Shown here in pieces: positions 61,128 through 64,000 of a stretch of 64,000 nucleotides of DNA. Under the pieces are notes generated by a model, which did not search any database, had not been told where the DNA came from, and saw nothing but the letters and a program-made list of their open reading frames with translations. The DNA is from Nitrospirales bacterium (GTDB lineage: Bacteria; Nitrospirota; Nitrospiria; Nitrospirales; UBA8639). Every line of letters starts with the position of its first letter. Positions within the stretch are counted from its first letter, which is position 1. The stretch is from contig CBDCWC010000003.1 of the NCBI GenBank assembly GCA_965223295.1, positions 1,120,001-1,184,000 on the forward strand. Direction: 5' to 3'. The translations under genes and the position numbers were made by a program.

Positions 61128-61720
61128 AAACTCAATACACCCCCTAGTTGATCTAGAACCTGGCGTTGGCCTTCACCAGTATGCGCCGAGAGAAAGATCG
61201 GAACCTCTTCCACGCCTAGACCCCGTTGAAGTTCTCGGATGGCCGCCTGGCGCTTACCGCGGATAACTTTATCCGCTTTGGTGGCTACAAGGATGAGCGG
61301 AATGTTCAGCTTTCCTATCCACCTGATCATGGCCCGGTCAGAGTCTTGGGCTCTTCGTGAATCCACTAGCATAATGACTCCACACAGATTATCACGGGTC
61401 TTAAAAAATGTTTCGATCAATGGAGCCCATTGTTGTTGTACGTGATCCGGAACTTTGGCATAGCCATAGCCTGGGAGATCAATCAGCATGAACCGACGGC
61501 CATTGGTTTCTATCTGAAAAAAATTGATGGTTTGTGTTTTTCCTGGTGTTTTCCCTACCTTTGCCAACCCTTTGCGATTCACCAAACAATTAATCGTTGA
61601 TGATTTCCCGACATTCGAACGGCCAACTATGGCTACTTCGGGGAGAGTCGGCTTGAGAAATTGTTCTACCGTTGCGCAACTAGCCTTAAATTCCGCCGAA
61701 TGAATCTTTAATGGAGGCAT
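61124..61720 (-). CDS. engB: Ribosome biogenesis GTPase YihA/EngB
   Basis: GRSNVGKSS, TPGKTQ, DLPGYGYA, TKADK. Confidence 0.96.
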   Translation of the reverse strand: MPPLKIHSAEFKASCATVEQFLKPTLPEVAIVGRSNVGKSSTINCLVNRKGLAKVGKTPGKTQTINFFQIETNGRRFMLIDLPGYGYAKVPDHVQQQWAPLIETFFKTRDNLCGVIMLVDSRRAQDSDRAMIRWIGKLNIPLILVATKADKVIRGKRQAAIRELQRGLGVEEVPIFLSAHTGEGQRQVLDQLGGVLSF

Positions 61721-61737
61721 ACGATGAAAACCTATTC

Positions 61738-62217
61738 TTAGCGACGTGCATCTTTCATCGCGCGGTCGATCTCACGAGAGGCTTCACGTTTTTTAATGGT
61801 TTCACGGCGATCATAGGTTTTCTTTCCTCGAGCCACCGCCAGCTCCAACTTAGCTCGTCCACGATCATTAAAGTATAGCCGCAGAGGCACAATCGTGAGC
61901 CCTTTGAGTTTCACCTTGTCCATCAATCGTTGAATTTCTTTCTTGTGAAGCAACAGAGTGCGCGGTCGTAGCGGTTCGTGGTTCATTTGGTTCCCATGGC
62001 TATAGGTACCGATATGACAGTTGTGCAGGACAGCTTTGCCATTGGAAATGGACGCATAACTGTCCCGCAGATTCAGATGGCCTTCGCGCAAGGCTTTAAC
62101 TTCAGTGCCAACCAGCATCAAACCTGCTTCGATTTTTTCTTCGACAAAATAGTCGTAGGTAGCCTTTCTATTGGTGCCGACAATTTTATTTGACGAATCT
62201 TTTTTCTGTTTAGCCAT
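61738..62217 (-). CDS. smpB: SsrA-binding protein
   Basis: NRKA.YDY, EAGL.L.GTEVK.LR, LLLHKKEI, GKK.YDRRETIK. Confidence 0.97.
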   Translation of the reverse strand: MAKQKKDSSNKIVGTNRKATYDYFVEEKIEAGLMLVGTEVKALREGHLNLRDSYASISNGKAVLHNCHIGTYSHGNQMNHEPLRPRTLLLHKKEIQRLMDKVKLKGLTIVPLRLYFNDRGRAKLELAVARGKKTYDRRETIKKREASREIDRAMKDARR

Positions 62218-62445
62218 CCGCTATTGTACCTGATTCCCTACGACAACAGACCGCGAGACAATCACGTTCGATAATATCGTGAAATTGAAAATTTAGAGCA
62301 CCTCCTCAACGGGAGTATCTTGAGCGGAGTCGCAGAACTCTGGGCGCAGGGTAGTCCCTCAACAGGCGCATACTGAGGCAAGAATCAGCCCCTTCTACAG
62401 GACTCTAATAAGATATACCTCTGCTCATCAAGCAGATACCGTTTT

Positions 62446-62874
62446 TCAGCTTAACGGATGACGAACACGCAGCCCGGGAAACCGGTGAAAATCTTGATCA
62501 GCGGTGATCCATTCACTACCACTTTCAATGGCGAGGGCTGCGAGAAACGCATCTGGCACGAAGTTGCCTTTGACTCTGGCTTGATGACATAGATCACAAA
62601 AAATCTCCCAATGCCGAGCACCAGGATGGATGAGGACACAGTTTGGGGCGGTGCGAAGTTCTTTGGTAAAGGTTAAGGCTTCATCAATTGTCGAGGGCGT
62701 CTTAAAGACTCGTGGATGTGTGACGATCCGAAGAAATCCACTTAAGACAAAGTCCGATAAGCCATACGATTCGTGGGAGTTAATCAGGCGTTTAAGCCAA
62801 TGATGGTAGTCTTGATGTTGACGAGTATCCTCACGATGCGCATATACCAACACGTTGACGTCAAGAAGAACCAT
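62446..62874 (-). CDS. vapC: VapC PIN-domain toxin
   Basis: LLDVNVLVYAH, FLRIVTHP, VPDAFLAALAIE, TADQDF.RFPGL. Confidence 0.93.
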   Translation of the reverse strand: MVLLDVNVLVYAHREDTRQHQDYHHWLKRLINSHESYGLSDFVLSGFLRIVTHPRVFKTPSTIDEALTFTKELRTAPNCVLIHPGARHWEIFCDLCHQARVKGNFVPDAFLAALAIESGSEWITADQDFHRFPGLRVRHPLS

Positions 62875-63112
62875 CGTGTTCTTCCATTACCGTTAGAAGA
62901 GAGGCCGAATCATCAAGATCAATGCCGTAGTGAAGACCTTCGCCTTTTACCGTGGTTAATTTCACTGGTCTTCTCTTCTGTTGGAGGGTGGGACGCGAAA
63001 GACTTTCTCTAAGAGCATCTTCAATGACAGTTGTCAGAGTTTTGCCATGCTCATGGGCGTATTGTTTCGCTGTCTTTAGTAACTGATCATCCAACCGAAT
63101 CGTTGTTCTCAT
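62861..63112 (-). CDS. vapB: VapB-type ribbon-helix-helix antitoxin
   Basis: MRTTIRLDDQLL..AK..A...GKTL..VIEDALR; overlaps the toxin start. Confidence 0.9.
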   Translation of the reverse strand: MRTTIRLDDQLLKTAKQYAHEHGKTLTTVIEDALRESLSRPTLQQKRRPVKLTTVKGEGLHYGIDLDDSASLLTVMEEHDGSS

Positions 63113-63119
63113 ACATCAA

Positions 63120-63148
63120 AGCATACTTGATAGTCATCAATATGTCAA
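63120..63148 (-). promoter_or_regulatory. vapBC promoter with a palindromic operator in the spacer
   Basis: TTGACA (63148-63143), 17 nt, TATGCT (63125-63120), 7 nt, ATG; TTGAT-AGTC-ATCAA at 63127-63140. Confidence 0.7.
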
Positions 63149-63379
63149 AATAGGATTCAATAGCCATTTATTCGGATATTGTTATCCAAAAAGAGTCCTG
63201 AACCCTAAAAAAACGGGGCTGGCCAAACTTTCTCGCACAGGGAACGCCTACGGAGGCGGCTGATTGACCCCACGGAGCTTTTGGTATTTGCCGGTTCGGG
63301 CAGATAAGACCCTTTAAAATTCCTATTCACTGACGTGGGTTGAACACCTACGTTTGAAGACCCTTAACCTAGCTTGCAG

Positions 63380-64000
63380 TCACTTATGTCTTACTGCTAT
63401 CCGATTTTTTTCAGGGAAAAGAAGGGCAAAGGGCTTGAGCAGCACGTTAACGATGGGCATCAAGAACAATCCGAGTACAAACCCAACCACCGCATCCCAA
63501 AAGGCCGTGAGGAGCCACACCACAGGACCCGACGCAGCACGACCTGAACCTGCGTCGGCAATGGCTTTAGTCGTGTCATAGAGCCAAGACAAACCAACTT
63601 CGTGCAGCCCGTGGATTACAATACTTCCCCCCACCCACAGCATGGCCGCCGTCCCGACAACCGAGATGACTTTCAGGACCATTGGCATCGAAGTAACAAG
63701 GCCGCGTCCGAAGGAACGCACCACCTCAACTCCGCTAGACTTACTAAGGCGCAAACCAACATCATCAATTTTGACGAGAAGTGCGACAGCACCATAGACC
63801 AGAACCGTGATCATGACGGCAACAACCGCAAGCACACCTGCCATTTCCCAAAGACTGCCATTGCTGATAGACGCCAGCGCAATAGTCATAATTTCAGAGG
63901 ACAGAATAAAGTCTGTCTTGATCGCGCCTCTCACACGTTGTGCCTCGAGATGCGCCGCATCGAGGGTTGTAGCTTGTTGCGGGCCTGTGTCTTTCTGATG
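63380..64000 (-). CDS. DUF808 (YedI-like) inner membrane protein, 5' part outside the window
   Basis: GAIKTDFILSSEIM.I.L, ITVLVYGAVALLVKIDDVGL, VGTAAMLWVGGSI..HG. Confidence 0.9.
   Translation of the reverse strand, partial: HQKDTGPQQATTLDAAHLEAQRVRGAIKTDFILSSEIMTIALASISNGSLWEMAGVLAVVAVMITVLVYGAVALLVKIDDVGLRLSKSSGVEVVRSFGRGLVTSMPMVLKVISVVGTAAMLWVGGSIVIHGLHEVGLSWLYDTTKAIADAGSGRAASGPVVWLLTAFWDAVVGFVLGLFLMPIVNVLLKPFALLFPEKNRIAVRHK

Noticed and set aside
62220-62440. tmRNA next to smpB
   Set aside because: No GGGG...TCCACCA tRNA-like ends seen.
63190-63340. GC-rich intergenic stretch as a riboswitch, and GAGTCCTGAACCCT as another RAYT motif
   Set aside because: No aptamer consensus recognised and the motif match is weak; cmscan would be needed.

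Overview
64-kb bacterial chromosome segment of about 50% GC. Gene content and style suggest a Nitrospirota/Nitrospirales organism (inference, not a database result). Most of it is housekeeping: glycogen phosphorylase, UvrD, hemD, gpsA, larB/larC, pdxA-rsmB-rpe-pheST, thrS-infC-rpmI-rplT, mfd, surA-like, engB, smpB and three tRNAs. Main observations: (1) an ~11-kb island (45.2-56.2 kb) bounded by direct CCTGACACC motifs and by an intact plus a previously unannotated remnant RAYT/IS200-like HUH transposase, carrying a giant FG-GAP/8xPASTA/CSLREA secreted protein, a FecR-domain protein and a TPR/beta-barrel outer-membrane protein; (2) a ~420-nt hairpin-rich candidate ncRNA after the tRNA pair; (3) an archaeal-type PheRS facing rplT tail-to-tail; (4) a UbiE plus B12-radical-SAM pair that may act in quinone methylation; (5) a 45-aa histone-H1-like gene missed by the ORF track; (6) several REP/MITE families next to AT-rich foreign genes, three of them broken by single lesions (22-bp duplication, TAA, CT slip); (7) a vapBC promoter containing a perfect TTGAT-N4-ATCAA palindrome. 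All family assignments come from motifs recognised by eye; no searches were run.
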